Positions 37,990 through 51,950 of a stretch of DNA of 64,000 bases are shown here, one piece after another. The notes under the pieces were generated by a model, which worked only from the letters and a program-made list of their open reading frames with translations, made no database searches and had not been told where the DNA came from. Source of the stretch: Malacoraja senta (lineage: Eukaryota); NCBI GenBank assembly GCA_038087875.1, contig CM075988.1, forward strand, positions 10,852,001 to 10,916,000. Direction: 5' to 3'. The translations under genes were made by a program, and so were the position numbers. How positions within the stretch are numbered: the first letter of the stretch is position 1; the number at the start of each line of letters is the position of its first letter.

Positions 37990-39480
37990 CTCCCACTAAA
38001 CTGACCTGTTTGAGGAGGTCTCTAAGAGACTGATGAGGACAATGAATTTGGTGCAGCTACACAGACTTCAGTAAACATTTCAATACATGACATTTAAAAA
38101 AAAAAAGTTAAAACTCATTGAATTGAAGACTGAGTAATAAGTTGGATTCCACTGAGTAACAGAGTCCAATGCTAATAGTTGATGGATGAGTTTTTGCAAT
38201 TGCAATGAGAGGCCATTTGTTTTATAGATCCACAGAGCCTAGATTTAATGTAGATAAATATTTTGGATTTAACTGTGATAAAACTTGAAGATCATACAAA
38301 AATTGTGGTGACTGAAGAGGAAATCTTTACGTTGTAGGATGTTGTTGGGCTGGTGAATTGGACAAATGTCTGCATGCGCAATTCAATAAAATGCAATATG
38401 AGGTAATATGCATAGTGTGGTAGTGTAAAAAGACACAATGAATGAGAAAGTTCTGTGGGACAGGGGAGGGCTTGAGAAATGTGTAGAGACAAAGGGATCT
38501 TGGTGTGTGCATTGATGCATATTCAAAGGCTGCTGGACAAGTCAGTGAGGTGGTTTTAAAATGTGCATGGATAATGTATAGCACGTTAATTTTGATGAGA
38601 TTGTGCAAAGCCTGATTAGTAAGTTTGGAGATGACATTAAAGTAGGTGGTATCATAGACAGTAAAGATGGTTATCAAAAAATACTGCGTGATCTTGATTA
38701 TCTATCCAAGTGGGCTGAAGAATAGCCAACAGATTTTAATACAAAGGATGTTGTTGGATGTTGGGAAGTCAAACAGGGACCTTTGTAGTTGAATGATGGG
38801 GCCTTGGGGAATGTTGTAATGCCGAGGGACTTAAGAGGAGAGGTACATGGTTCCCTGAAAGTGATGTCACAGATAAATAGGGTGTTAAAGAAGGCTTTTG
38901 GTACATTGGCCTTCATCAGTCAGAGTATTGAGTATAGAAGTTGGGACATTTTGTTAGTTATATAAGATGTTGATGAGGCTGCACTTGGAGTATTGTGTTC
39001 AATTTTGGTCACCCTGCTATCGGGAGGATGTCATTGTTGGAAAGAGTGCAGAGAAGGTTTGTGAGGATTTTGCAGGAGACCAGACAGATTTTGCCAGACG
39101 GCCTGAAATGTAGGGAGAGACGGGCAATGTAGGAGTTTATGAGTGATTTTACAGAGGTGCCAAAAATCATGAGGGACATTGATAGGGTAAATGCACAGTC
39201 TTTTACCCATGGTAGCAGAATCAAGAACCAAGGTTGTAGGTTTAAGTGGGATGGAAAGGTTTAATAGGAACCCGATGGGCAACTGAGTTTATGGAATGAG
39301 GTGCCGGAGGAGGTAGTTGAGGCAGGTACCATAGCATTTCAATGATACTTCGACAGGTGCATGGATGAGAATGTTTTGGAGGGATAGTTGCCAAATGTGA
39401 GCAAATGGGTCTAGCTTAGATGGGGTTTCTTGGTCATCATGGACGATTTGGGAGGAAGGCCTGTTTCCATGCTGTATGAC
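37990..39480 (+). mobile_element. Cluster of decayed CR1 fragments
   Basis: AAGTTTGGAGATGACATTAAAGTAGGTGG (KF.DD.KVGG), CACTTGGAGTATTGTGTTCAATTTTGG (HLEYCVQFW), CR1 tail. Confidence 0.8.
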
Positions 39481-40354
39481 TCGAAGAATCTAACTCTGAG
39501 ACTGGGGTCAGTCGCCCAAGCTGACCATTAAGTACCATCTAAGCCATAGCCTGTTTTTTACATTCACCACAGCTAAAGCATGGACTATTAGTTTCAAGGT
39601 TATGCTAGAACTGCATAAGACTTGCGGATTGTGGATGATTGTAGATTGCATCAATTCCTGATCACCCCATTACAAGAAATATGCCAGGAATTTAATATTT
39701 CAGGAAAGTTGGGGTTGGTTTGTTTGGAAGAGAGGAAATATAATCATGAAGCATCGAGATGGAGCTGACATTTCTCCTTGGGAGATGGATCAAAATGGGA
39801 AGGGAAGGGAAGAGTGAAAGTAATTGGTATAATGTTAAATCATAATGGTATAATGAAGGGAGATGAGGAAAAAGTGAAATTCATCAGAAGGTGGGAGAGT
39901 GTGCAACTGCCTGAACGAGTGGTGGAAGCAGAAACATGGTTTAAAATAATATGTTCTTGGATGTGTAAATGAAGTGTCATAACCCACAAGGTTATGGCAC
40001 CATTGCCTAGATCACTTTTCCATAACAAGTACAAATCTGATGTGCTGAATGTCTCTATTGTAAATATTTTGTTTATGATCCCAAGAGGATTAATTGTGCA
40101 GGTTTTAGCTCAAACATCCTTTAAATATTTGCTTTACCAATCCTTCTGTAGAGATTGTTGACTTGATTCGTGGTGAAGAATCATGCTCAGAAAACAAATA
40201 AAATCGATCATTGGATTAGTGTTGTCAGGATGAATGGGCAATGCATTGGGGTCCCGTGGGGGCTGGTGTGAGCGGTTCTTCTTCTCCTGTCATAACTTTG
40301 GCAAATCTCAAAACATCAAAAGGAAAATAAGTCTGCAACTAAAGTAATATAAGT

Positions 40355-40730
40355 TTGTGTAGAAAGGAACTGCAGATGCTGGTTTACACCGAAGATGGTC
40401 ACAAGGCTGGAGTAACTCACTGGGTCAGGCAGCATCTCTGGAGAGAAAGAATAGGTGATGTTTTGGGCCGAGACACTTCAGATCTAATCAGTAGTTTGTC
40501 CTGGTTTAACCTACGGCTGCATTAATGTCACTGTATTGCATTGGGGAGGAACAAGCCTTTGCTAAGGTTACTGCTCATAGTTAGACACAAAGCTAGAGTA
40601 ACTATGCTGTCTCGACTCGAAATTTCACCCATTCCTTCTCTCCATAGATGCTGCCTGCCCCGCTGAGTTACTCCAGCTGTTTGTGTCTATTTTTAGTTTA
40701 AACCAGCATCTGCAGTTCCTTCCTACACAT
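40355..40730. mobile_element. Inverted pair of Penelope terminal fragments
   Basis: TGTGTAGAAAGGAACTGCAGATGCTGGTTTA at ~40357 and its reverse complement ending at ~40729. Confidence 0.7.
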
Positions 40731-41756
40731 TTACTCCTCATAGATGTCTGGTAATTAGTATTTTGGATGCGGGGGTGATTTTTGTAAAGACTGCAGATTA
40801 GGTAGCATTCGCAGAGATCGACAAATTCACATTTCAAGTCTGTGATTCTGGAAAACATCAGAAAAGAATTTATGGAACGAGAGTTGAGGACGATTGAGAT
40901 GGAATGGAGAGGAACATATGGCATGGGTACGATGGCAGTAAGAAAGGTGGTGGTGAAGGTAAAGGAGGTTAACAATGGGAAGTACGGTAATAAACAGTGT
41001 CTAAAGGAGTTATAGGTGGCAGCAGGAGAATTGTGACATCTCTGGTCAGAAAAGTGTAGACTGGGTATATTTGAAATTTTTGAATTCACCTATGATCTTA
41101 TTAAAGAATTAGATGCAATTCTGTGAGCTTTTATTGCTGTTCATTGGAATATCAAAATAAGTGGTCAGGCTTGTAACAATGCAGAAATTGCAATAAGTGA
41201 CTAAGCACAAGAGCATGGCAACCGAACTCCAATTGTGCGAATTGGCTTCTGACCTGAAGGGAAAGCCTCCTTTTCAGAGCCGGCAGCTAAATTGTCCGAA
41301 ATCAAAACAAAAATGAATAAAAGCTGTCTATCTTTGCTTTTCTTCAAGAATAATTTTGCCATGCTTATAAAATTCAAGGGAACTGAGGTGGAGGTTAGTT
41401 GGATGCTTTTTAATTTGTAGACTATCTGAGATATATTTGTCATTCGGCAAGAATTTTAATATTTAAGGAAGTGTTTTTTCTTAAAACCGTCTTTCATACT
41501 AATTTATGAATTCTTCATGCTGTGGACTAGCACCTATAACTTCATTTGACCAGGCTTCAACGTGCCCTCAACTAGAGGACCTAATAATTGCAAAAATGGT
41601 TAAGGAAAACTCCAAGGTAATAGCAAACCTTTAGATCTCATTGCTGTTCAAGCAGACAGCTTACTCTGCTCGCATGTTCTCGGTCTAACAGGTTTAGTGG
41701 CTCCTTTACTTAAAACATGATTGTAGTCAAGAGAAATGTTTAAAAAAAAACTATAG

Positions 41757-42270
41757 AGGACACAAGAAGCCATAGTTGCTTGTATCTTGAGCAAAGCACA
41801 GTGCTGAAAGAATTCTGCAGGTCAGGCAGCATCTCTGGAGGGAATGGACAGGCAATGATTTGGATCTTTCAGACTTATTGATGTAGGGGGTAGAAAGCTG
41901 GAAATGAGAGGGAATGGAACCGGGATGGGACAACGCCTGGTATGTGACAGGTGGGTCCAGGCTTGGATGGGGTTGATTGGCAGATAGGTGGAGATCGTGA
42001 TAAAGGCTAGATGTGAAAAGGAGACAAAAGGGGTGTCTGATAAGGAGAGGAGGGGTGTGGGTGGAAGGTGACTGGGGGGAGAAGGGGGAAGAGTGAGGGA
42101 GGGGGAAGGCAAAATGGGAGATTAATATATAAAGGGGGGAGCGAGTGAGATGGTGGAAGAAATAGCAGTGGGATTGGTGGCACTGGAAAGAAAGAGGGGG
42201 AGGGGGAGATATTATTTGAAATAGGAGAATTCAATGTTCATACCTTTGTGCTGCAAGCTCCCAAGCAGAC
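41757..42270 (-). mobile_element. Penelope-like element 3' end
   Basis: The minus strand encodes SLQHKGMNIEFSYF (GIY-YIG C-terminus), then a pyrimidine-rich UTR and the same terminal repeat found in the palindromic elements. Confidence 0.75.
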
Positions 42271-43717
42271 AGTGGAGATGTACCAAATAACTTTATTTCA
42301 CTGATTTGTTTTTACTAAAGCATTTTTTGTAACAAGGAATGTGTTGTTTGTGCTTATCAGAACTAATTCTTACTCAATAAATGTATCGGGAGGTTGCGTG
42401 GTGAATAAATATAGTCACTCGTGACTGAAGTGGATAACTCCTCCAACCATTTAAAGAACAGACTTCTCTCTGAAGGTGGAGAAACTAGCATGATAGTCAA
42501 CTTGCCTCCAACGTACAGTAGTTACAGGAAGGACCAGTTGAGGGCATATTGAAAGGTGAGCTTCATTAAAGGTCATTGTTTAAGTAATTCCCACATGAAT
42601 CTTATGCTATTCTGTGCAAGGGTATTGATTCGAGAACAGTTTGTGGTCATGCTGCATTGATGGCCTGCTGCCATCTGCTAAAATGATATCCTCAGTAAAT
42701 GAGTTATAGCATCCTTACAAGTTGCCATCCCATCTGCTTCAAGCTACAAAATACTTGTAATATTGCAAATTGTATTTTATGACCAGATTCTCAAAATGGC
42801 ATCTGCATTTTCAGCAGCTATGTTTTTTTTTATTACTGAGTGGGTTTTGAGAACTGTAAATTCAGAGTATAATACCCATTCCTAATTGCTCTTGAACAGA
42901 TAGTGTGTTTTATCTTTAATTGTTGTAGTCCTTTTGCAAACATGCTCCCACGGGGTGTTAGGTAAGAAATTCCTGGATTTAAACTCTGCAATGATGAAAG
43001 GACAATACTCCATTTCTAATTTGGGTTGACCTGATTTAGATGGGAATTTTCATGGCATTCCCTTGCATTTGCTGCTTTGCTGGTGTTTCCAGCTGATAGA
43101 AGTTGTGGATGAGGGAGATCCTGTCAAATAACTTGCTATATAGATTTTGAATTGGGAGCGTATAAGGATGACCAATAGAGCTTCTATTATCTTGATTCAA
43201 TTGTAAGTTTCCACTTTAATCTCTCTGTTCTCCAAATAAAAGTGTAAATAATTTGTTTAGCTTCTGGCCAACAACCAAAGGCATTTCCTAAACTTTGCAG
43301 GTTGGGAGAACAATTATTTGGTTGTTTCTGAAAGTGGTATAGTAATTCACAAAACAATACATGGTTAATCTAATTCACCAGTATTGGTAGATCATTTTAG
43401 ATTTGTTAAACTGGTTTAAAAAGGAAATACATCTCGCACTTTTTAAAAATTCATTACTTTTGAGCAGATTGATTTAACAAAAAAATGTGTGGAGATAATC
43501 TGATTTTAAATGTCATTTGTTGGTAGAAAATATATTTGTGGGGTTTGAATTTATATACTGCACAACTGCAAGTCAATGCAGTCAAAATATTAGGAAGATA
43601 ATCAATTATAATATGGTCAACATTCCTACCCATTTCCTAAATGTTCCACTCCATTGAAGTCACTAGAACTTGTGTCAGATGGGGAGTATAACTGATGAAT
43701 GATTATAGAAACTAGGA

Positions 43718-43838
43718 TCTACCGATGCTGGTTTACAAAGGAATGACACAAAGTGGTGGAGTAACTCAGTGGTTCAGGCAGCATATCTGGAGAACATGGA
43801 ATAGGTGACATTATGGGTCGGGCCCCATCTTCAGACTG
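43718..43838 (-). mobile_element. Penelope terminal fragment with degenerate hammerhead
   Basis: Minus strand AGTCTGAAGATGGGGCCCGACCCATAATGTCACC followed by the family terminal sequence. Confidence 0.65.
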
Positions 43839-44884
43839 AGTCAGCTTGACATGGCTTGACTTCTCTGCAACTAACAATTTAAACCCTGTCCAAAAATATG
43901 TTTGTTGCAGTGAGATCTTCACTCATTGTTTAAAAATGCGAAATAATATTATCACAATCTTCTCGATCTCTCCTTGTGTGACATGACACCTTCCTTGGAA
44001 CCAGTCCAATGAATCTGAATGAAACCTTGGTTAGAACTCTCAGAGTACTGTGTACAATTTCACTCACTGTTATTATGATTTGGAGGAGCAAGGATGATAG
44101 CAGAAATGTCAGAGAAGGATGAACAGACTGTCTATTTTCTCCTGAAAAGATTGGTGATGTTACCTAATATGTTTTTTTGTAATGATGAAAGATTTTAGTG
44201 CAGTGGAAACCGAATAGGTTGCGTGGAATATATACGCCTACATGAACTAGTTGGGCTACATGGCGTCAATCTGAGCTAGGTATCTTGTGTAATTCAGTCT
44301 ATGGTTGGCAATGAGCAAATGTATATGCAGAGGTGCAGTGTTACATTATAAATGACGATTCGCTCTACAGAGTCTAACCATTTATTACCTGCTCAAATTT
44401 GCATAACATGCTAGTGAAATGCCGAGTACGTTTCACTGCTTCGAGCAATAGTATTCAGGGGATCTGAGGCTGATGGATTACAATAGCTTCCAGGGATTAT
44501 ACTTGCAGTGGATCGCTGGATTTAATCCAATGAAATGTATCTTTGTCAAGTGAAAATAGATGAGTTCAGTTCACCAGTAATTCAGGCAAGTAGGTTTCTT
44601 GACAACATTTATCATCCTTGGCTTTTCTTGCAATGCAATTCCTACTTCCTGTGATCAGTCTTCCTTTGCTTTGAATCGTCGGCTTTGAAAATGTGTTCTT
44701 TCTGGGAGTTTGAACATAGCAATGACTGGTTGCTGCAGCAAGCTGACTGAGCCTGCTCTGCTTTGTGTTGGCTCCATCTTTGTGGTTTTCTTTCTCCTTG
44801 GTGTGAATACCCAATGGGAGAATTTCAACACAAACATTTTGACCTAAAAGGGGGAAGCACACATGTACACACACACAGATGAAA

Positions 44885-45290
44885 AATAAAAACAGAAAAT
44901 GCTGGAAACATTCAGCTGGTCAGGCAGCATCTGTGGAAAGAGAAACTGTGTAGGAAGGAACTGAAGATGCTGGTTTACACCGAAGAGGACACAAAATGCT
45001 GGAGTAACTCAGAGGAGCAGGCAGCATCTCTAGATAGGAGGAATGGGTGACGTTTTGGGTCAAGACCCGAGCTGTTATTCGGGTCTATTGTTTCAAGTTC
45101 GGGGTGATTCGTCAGAACTTGGAAATAGAGTAATCAGTTAGTTATAACTTGTTTCTCTCTTTCCTTGATCTGACAAAGGGCCCTGGACCTGGAATATGAA
45201 CCGTGTTTCTCTTTCCGTGGATACTACCTGACCTGCTGAATGTTCCACAATGATTTGCTCTTATTTCAAATTACTATCATCTGTAATTTT
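44885..45290. mobile_element. Nested Penelope terminal fragments
   Basis: An older copy (GAAAATGCTGGAAACA...CAGGCAGCATCTGTGG) is interrupted by a younger copy starting TGTGTAGGAAGGAACTG at ~44947. Confidence 0.6.
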
Positions 45291-45329
45291 CAGGTGGCTT
45301 ATAGACATAAATAGTCTAACTGAAGTCTG

Positions 45330-45512
45330 TGGACAAAAATGCTGGAGAAATTCAGCGGGTGAGGCAGCATCTATGGAACGAAGGAAATAGACAACGTTTC
45401 GGCCCGAAACGTTGCCTATTTCCTTTGCTCCATGGATACTGCCTCACCCGCTGTTTCTCCAGCATTTTTGTCTACCTTCGATTTTCCAGCATCCACAGTT
45501 CCTTCTTAAACA
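45330..45512. mobile_element. Penelope-derived hairpin element lacking the CUGANGA box
   Basis: Arms meet at CAACGTTTCGG-C-CCGAAACGTTG; TSD AACTGAA(G/C)TCTG at 45318-45329 and 45513-45524. Confidence 0.75.
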
Positions 45513-47042
45513 AACTGAACTCTGTTCTTATTTGACTCATGTTTATGAAGCATGGAGATGAGCCCATTTGCCCAATTCTTCTATGCTGAGCAATTGATCG
45601 CTAGTTTTAACCAAGCTAGCCTAACTTGACTGTGGCTGGCTCATATCTCTCTGAACCTTGCCTATTCATTTACCTCTTTAAATGGCTTTAAAAAAAATCA
45701 TAATTGCATTTTGTTGATACATACTAGAGCAGGACTTGCAAAGTAAATGATAATATTTTTGGAGTGTCACAGATCAGAGGGACCAAGGAATGCACTTGCG
45801 TCCTTGCATGAAATTGACGACACAGACAGGGTGGCACTTGCCTTCATCAGTCACGGTATTGAGTACAGGAGTTGGCACACACACTTTCAGCTATACAAGA
45901 CATTGATAATGCCACATTTAGAGTACTATGTACAGTTCTGATTGCCTCGCAATAGGAAGGATGTAATTAAACAGGAAAGGGTCCAATACAGATCTATAAG
46001 GATGTTACTGGGAGAGTTTGAGGTACAAGGAGAGGCTGGATGGACTAAGATTTTTTTTGCCCTCCTGGGAGGGTGAGTGGTGATCTTGGAGGTCAGCAGA
46101 ATCATGAGGAACATAGGGGCATCCCACCTCCCCACCATCCTCAGTGCAAAATGTGCCACCATGATGCTTTTTAAAACCTCTCACACTAAACCTACGTCAT
46201 AAAACCTAGTTTCATGAAACTAAGGAACTGCACCCCTGGGTTTCTCTGTTCTACAACACTTCCCAGGGCCGTACCATTTATTGTTGTACCACACTTCCAG
46301 GGCTCCTACCATTTTAGGTCCATATTTGACAAAATACAACTTATTTATCTAAATTGACCTCCATTTCCACCCATTGGTCCATTTATCAAGATTTTGTCGT
46401 AATTATGGATAACCAGCTTTATAGTCTACTCTGCTGTAATTTTAATGTCATTTGTAATCTTAACATGCCAATCCATTCTCATCCAAATCAGTGACATGAA
46501 CAATGAACAATTGTAGATCCAGCATTGATCCCAGTGGTACACCCCTTGTCAAATCCATGAACCTCTGTCTCTTGCCTTCAAGACAATTTTGAAACCAGTT
46601 GGCTAGATCACTGTTCCAATTTCAGGTAATCCTTGATTCCAATTTTCTCTACCTCTCACACCTTCAATTCACCTCTTTTCCTCGCCCTAGTTTTAAACAC
46701 CTAACTCTCACATGGGTGACTCGCCTGATCTCCTATTCTACCTGCTTACATCTGCTCTTCCTCTATCCCCAGTTGCTTCCCATAATCGCCTTCCTTATCA
46801 AATTCCATCACCTGGTATTTTTTGTATCCCCACTTATCACCCTCCTAGCTGTTTCCATCTTCATATGCTGCCTCCTTCTTCCCCCCCCCCCCCCCCCCCC
46901 ATGGCTCTATCTGCCTTTGTGTCTGCCAGCTTCCACCTGGGAAGGGAATGACCCATTCATATGCATCACCAAACTGTTTCTCCTGATTCTGAAGTCCCTT
47001 GTATTCTAAATGCATAATCGCTTCTATTTTACTGACCATATT

Positions 47043-47485
47043 TCATAAGGTCAAAAGGAATAGGAGTGGAAATGGGCCATTCGGCCCATCGTCTGCTCTG
47101 TCATTTAATCATGGCTGATCTATCTCTCCCTCCTAACCCCATTCTCCTGCCTTCTCCCCATAACCTCTAACACCTGTACTAATCAGGAATCTATCTATCT
47201 CTGCCTTAAAAATATCCATTGATGGCCTCCACAGTTTTCTGTGGCAAAGGATTCCACAGATGCACCACGCTTTGACTAAATCAATTTCTCCTCATCTCCT
47301 TCCTGAAAGAACATCCTTTAATTCTGAGGCTATGACTTCTAGTCATAGACTCTCCCACTAGTGGAAACATCCTCTCCACATCTACCCTATCCAAGCCTTT
47401 CACTATTCTGTATGTTTCAATGAGGTCCCCCCCTCATTCTTCTAAACTCCAGCGAGTACAGGTCCAGTGCCAACAAATGCTTATA
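47043..47485 (-). mobile_element. CR1 3' fragment
   Basis: Minus strand reads LYSLEFRRMRGDLIETYRIVKGLDRVDVERMFPLVGES, plus the tail. Confidence 0.85.
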
Positions 47486-47486
47486 A

Positions 47487-47960
47487 ATGAATGAATGAAT
47501 AGTTTATTTCGGTCATTCATTAAAAAGAACAAAACTTTACAATCTGTGTGAATATGAACCAACACTGTATCCATTTCACACAACGTTCACATAATCAATG
47601 ACCAAAAAAGGAATAGGCTGAAGCCACAAAGCTTATTTTTTGCCTATCCTATACAATCCATAAGATAAGATAACCCAGAATATCTGCATTACAAAGGAAA
47701 GAAAAAAATAAAATTTACTCTAAATTGTAATCCTTACTTATTTTACATTTTAATCATTTTACATTATAATCCTTAATTATTTTACATTTTAAGGCTTTTT
47801 TGAAACTCAACAGAGAGCTACAAAATTTCAACTCATCACTAAGCCGTTCCATAATTTGACTCCCAAAACTGAGACACTTCTATATTTTACATTGGTTCTC
47901 ACTTCACATATTTCAAAAATACACAACCCTCTTAAATTATAATGTCCTTCTCTTAATTTA
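47487..47960 (-). mobile_element. L2-group (Crack-like) LINE 3' end with (CATT)n tail
   Basis: Minus strand KLREGHYNLRG...RTNVKYRSVSVLGVKLWN/LSDELKFCSSLLSFKKALK; AATAAA followed by TTCATTCATTCA. Confidence 0.7.
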
Positions 47961-50900
47961 ATTTGTAGCTACAAAGTAATGTGTCTGATGACCTTCAAAC
48001 AATATGTATTTAAAAAAACAACTCTCAGATAACAGAAAGATCTGTGACCTACTGTAGAAATAGGCTAGATATGGAACTCTTAATATTTTTCTATCGAAAA
48101 TCCCAGATTGGAATATTTCCAGTTTGACAGCTGAACCTTTTGTAGTTGAAAGCTTTTTCTCATCTTTTCTTCTGGGTGTATCAAAAACCTTTTGGTGCTT
48201 TTAATAGTCCACGCCAACCATCAGAGAAATGCCTAAAGTTTTAAGGTTATTAATGCTGAATCCCTTTACAAATGCATTGCATCAATTGAGTGTTTATTTA
48301 CTGCCCTGTGAAATGCTAATAATTTATTCAATAACATAACATTTTCTTAACCTTAGTTACATCAGGGCATCAAAGCTGTGCAACCTCTTACAAAGTTTTG
48401 TGATGTATTTTGACATTCAAAAAACTGTGTAAATTGGATTGAATTTGGAGCTGCTTAGATTTTCACCAGAACAAATCAAAGTGCAGAACATTTAGGGGCA
48501 AAAAAGCCGCTTGTAAATTGTATCCATAAATAGATCTATTTGGATGGTTTACACCTATTTGGTTACTGCATTTTGTGTTTTGTGTGACATAAACATTGCA
48601 GTTATAATTTAATCAACATCTAAATTAGTATGTGAAGGTTAAGAATCTGCAGATGAAAACAAAAATAGCTGAAAACATTCAGTTGGTTGGTCAATATCTG
48701 TTGAGGCAAACCATTAATGTTTCCGAGAAAGAGTTAATTTGTTTTGAGTGAAAGGATGACCTAAAATCTGAATCCCATTTCTGTTTCTACAGATGCTGCC
48801 TGATTTGCAAAGTATTAAGTGTTTTCTGTATTAATGACTTTTTCTGTTTTTATAATCGGGTGGTACTGGACTCTGGCCTGATAACTAGAAGAAAGCTCAA
48901 CACTTGAGTTTGGAGAAGAGAGACATTATATATCCTTGTCAGTTCAGAGAGGATTTCTTGCTTGATTTAATTTTTAATTCACCTTTATCATGGATAACAG
49001 TGCTTAATTGGTGAAGTGTGAACATTTTGCTTTTCTTGGGGGTGAATTGAAGAGCCCACATTTTATCAAAATAAAACTATGTTGTCATGTACATTAATAA
49101 ATGCATTTCAGTTACATCTTCAATTCAAGAGAGTTAAATTTTGCTCTTAGGGCGAACAGAATCGAGAGATATAGGGAGAAAGCATGAACGGGGTACTGAT
49201 TTTGGATGATGAGCCATGATCATATTGAATGGGGGTGCTGGCTTGCCGAATGGCCTACTCGTGCACCTATTTCCTATGTTTCTATCTTTTTATTGTGCTA
49301 GGATATTTGAGGCTTTCTATAGAACTATTTCTGATAGTGTATATGGACTGACAATAGTGATGGGAGAAGGTATTTCAATGAGGCAGCAGAAAGGTTGCCA
49401 TTGCAACACAGGTACACTGGATAGTCTCTTGGGATAGTGGGCTTGTAATTTGAGGGCCGATTGAGTGGACAACCCTTCATGTTCCAGACTTAGAAAAGAA
49501 AGGAGGGACTTCATTGATGTTTACAACGTACACACAAGGTGCAACAGAGTGCAGCAAAGACTTTTCTTAAAGATGAATAGTGTAGAGCGAGTGGTCACAG
49601 TCTTGTAATAAGAAATGGTTTATATCGGACTGTAAATAAGAGAACTTCACTCGGCAGAAGGGGAATCTTTGAATCTATTTACCCTGGAGGATTGTTGAGT
49701 CAAAGGAATTGAGTTCATTTGGAGCAGAGACAAGATTGTTGTTGAATATTAAGGTAGTATGGGAATAGTACAGGAATGTTGACATTGGAGCAGAATATCA
49801 GCCAGAATTTGTAGAACCAGCAGAACAAGGATCAGATCACCTGCACCAGCTCCAAATGTTGGTGTTTGTATCATTTGTGAACATCCAGTTTAAACCCCTT
49901 TGATGACTCATCAAAAATTTAGCAAAGATGATATGCAGGGCTTTGAAGTATATTTATGGTATAAAGTTATTTGGCATTGAGATTAGAAGCTTTAATTCTA
50001 TTAAACCCTTCTGTTTTTGATGCATGAATTTTAAGCCCGTGAGGCTATATCATCTTAAATCAATTGGATCGCAAATTTGTTTGCCAAACGTATAGCTAGT
50101 AATCTTAGATCTGGAGATAAATGACACTGGAAACAGAATGAGTTGGGATCAAATGTCTGGTTTGAGGGCTATTCCAAGATCTGTCTCGTTGAGTGTTTGT
50201 TGATTGACAATATAAGCTTGAATTTCAAATCTTGCAGTCTTGAAATATTTGGCTTTCCATTTGATCAAAATCCATCTTTAAATGAGACGTGAACATTTGT
50301 GCTGAAGTCTTGACCGAAAACATCAACTCTGCTTCTCTCCCCTCTGATACTGCCTGAACGACAAAGCACCTCCTGTATGCTCCCTGTTTCTATCCAAGAC
50401 TGCTCAGCAGGAATCCCGAAACACTAACTTCTGAAATGCTATTTTGGCAACGTTGTGTGATAATCCTTGAGCGTACAGTGGCAACTACTTTGATGGGAAC
50501 ATTTTTTAATGTTGCACTTGGTGATAAACATTTCCACTGCGTCCTTGGGGCCTAGCCTTATAGAGAGCTGTAACTATTTGCTGTATCTGTTAAGGCACTA
50601 CAACATGAAACATTGATGCTACTAACAAAGGGCTTTTCTACATAACGTCTCAGGACCGTTTCCAATTGTCAAGTTGTAGTTGATGTGAATCTTTTTTCCC
50701 GAGCTTCTACCCAAGGACATTTGTAAAATCACTACGAATATTTTCACCAATCCAGTGAAATTGAGTAATGAAGCAGAATGCAACATTGCTTGGTCACTTG
50801 AATTGGAAATGTAATTGTGGTTCTGCTTCTGAGTGGCAGCATGGTTAAATGTTATTAATGCTAGTAAAACTAAATTGAACCATTTACGTTTCATTGATGT

Positions 50901-51651
50901 ACATAATCGGTTTGTTGCTTGGTTGTTTAATATCTCTATACCTAAAAATAAACCCTTTGTTTATGGATTGTATGCTCCCTGTGAAAGTCAATGGGATCTG
51001 ATGCACAATACGAGGATGGGCGCACTAATTCCCTTGCACCTCAAAAAATATTTAATTTCAAGATCCTTGATCTTCTGCAATCAGAATGAATTTGCCAGGT
51101 TCATTGTTTTAAACGGGACTTCTGCCAACAGCCCTGGCTTTTGGCGAATGATCTAGAAATCATAATGCATGTGTGAATGCATTTGATGGGTCTTGCTGAT
51201 GCACTAAGTACGATTTAGGTTGTGGGACTAAATATTTTACTAGTGCAGGGATCCATTGCCTTGGGTTCTTTTGAAAGCATGTTGTTCAGGAAATGTAGGG
51301 TGGCTGGGGAGATGTTGGGGAAAAAAAGATGAGTTTCTATTTCGATATGCACCTGTATCAGCCTCGTCATGACAACATCCCAGTCATGGTCCTCAGCTGA
51401 ATCCTCTGGAGTGATGAAGATGTGTGCCCCAACCACTAGATTTCTCCGCACATTATCATTCTGCAGCGGAGTAGTAGAGAGAGAAATTATCAACATTTCG
51501 GATCAATAACCATGCATCTGATCGATTTATTCCTTCGAAAATGCTGAACATTTTTTTCCTTGTGACACTGCCTGAGCTGCTGAGAGTTTTCAACATTTTT
51601 TGCTTCTGTTTAAGACTTCCAGTATCAGCAATCATTTTACAGAAATTGCAG

Positions 51652-51950
51652 CTTGGTGGCATAGTGGTAGAGTTGCTGCCTTGCAGCGCCAGAGACCCAG
51701 GTTTGATCCTGACTTCGGGTGCTGCCTGTGTGGAGTTTGTACGTTCTCCCTGTGACCTGCATGGGTTTTTGCCGGGATCTCAGGTTTCTTCCCACACTAC
51801 TAAGACGTACAGGTTTGTAGGTTATTAGCTTGGTAAAGTTGTAAATTGTCCCCAGTGTGTGTAGGATAGCATTAGTGTGTAGGGTCACCGGTCGGCACAG
51901 ACTCTGTCGGCCAAAGGGCTTGTTTCTGTGCTGTATCTCTAAAACTAAAA
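51652..51950 (+). mobile_element. HE1-like V-SINE
   Basis: GGTAGAGTTGCTGCC head, V-domain, tail TGTATCTCTAAAACTAAAA. Confidence 0.88.
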
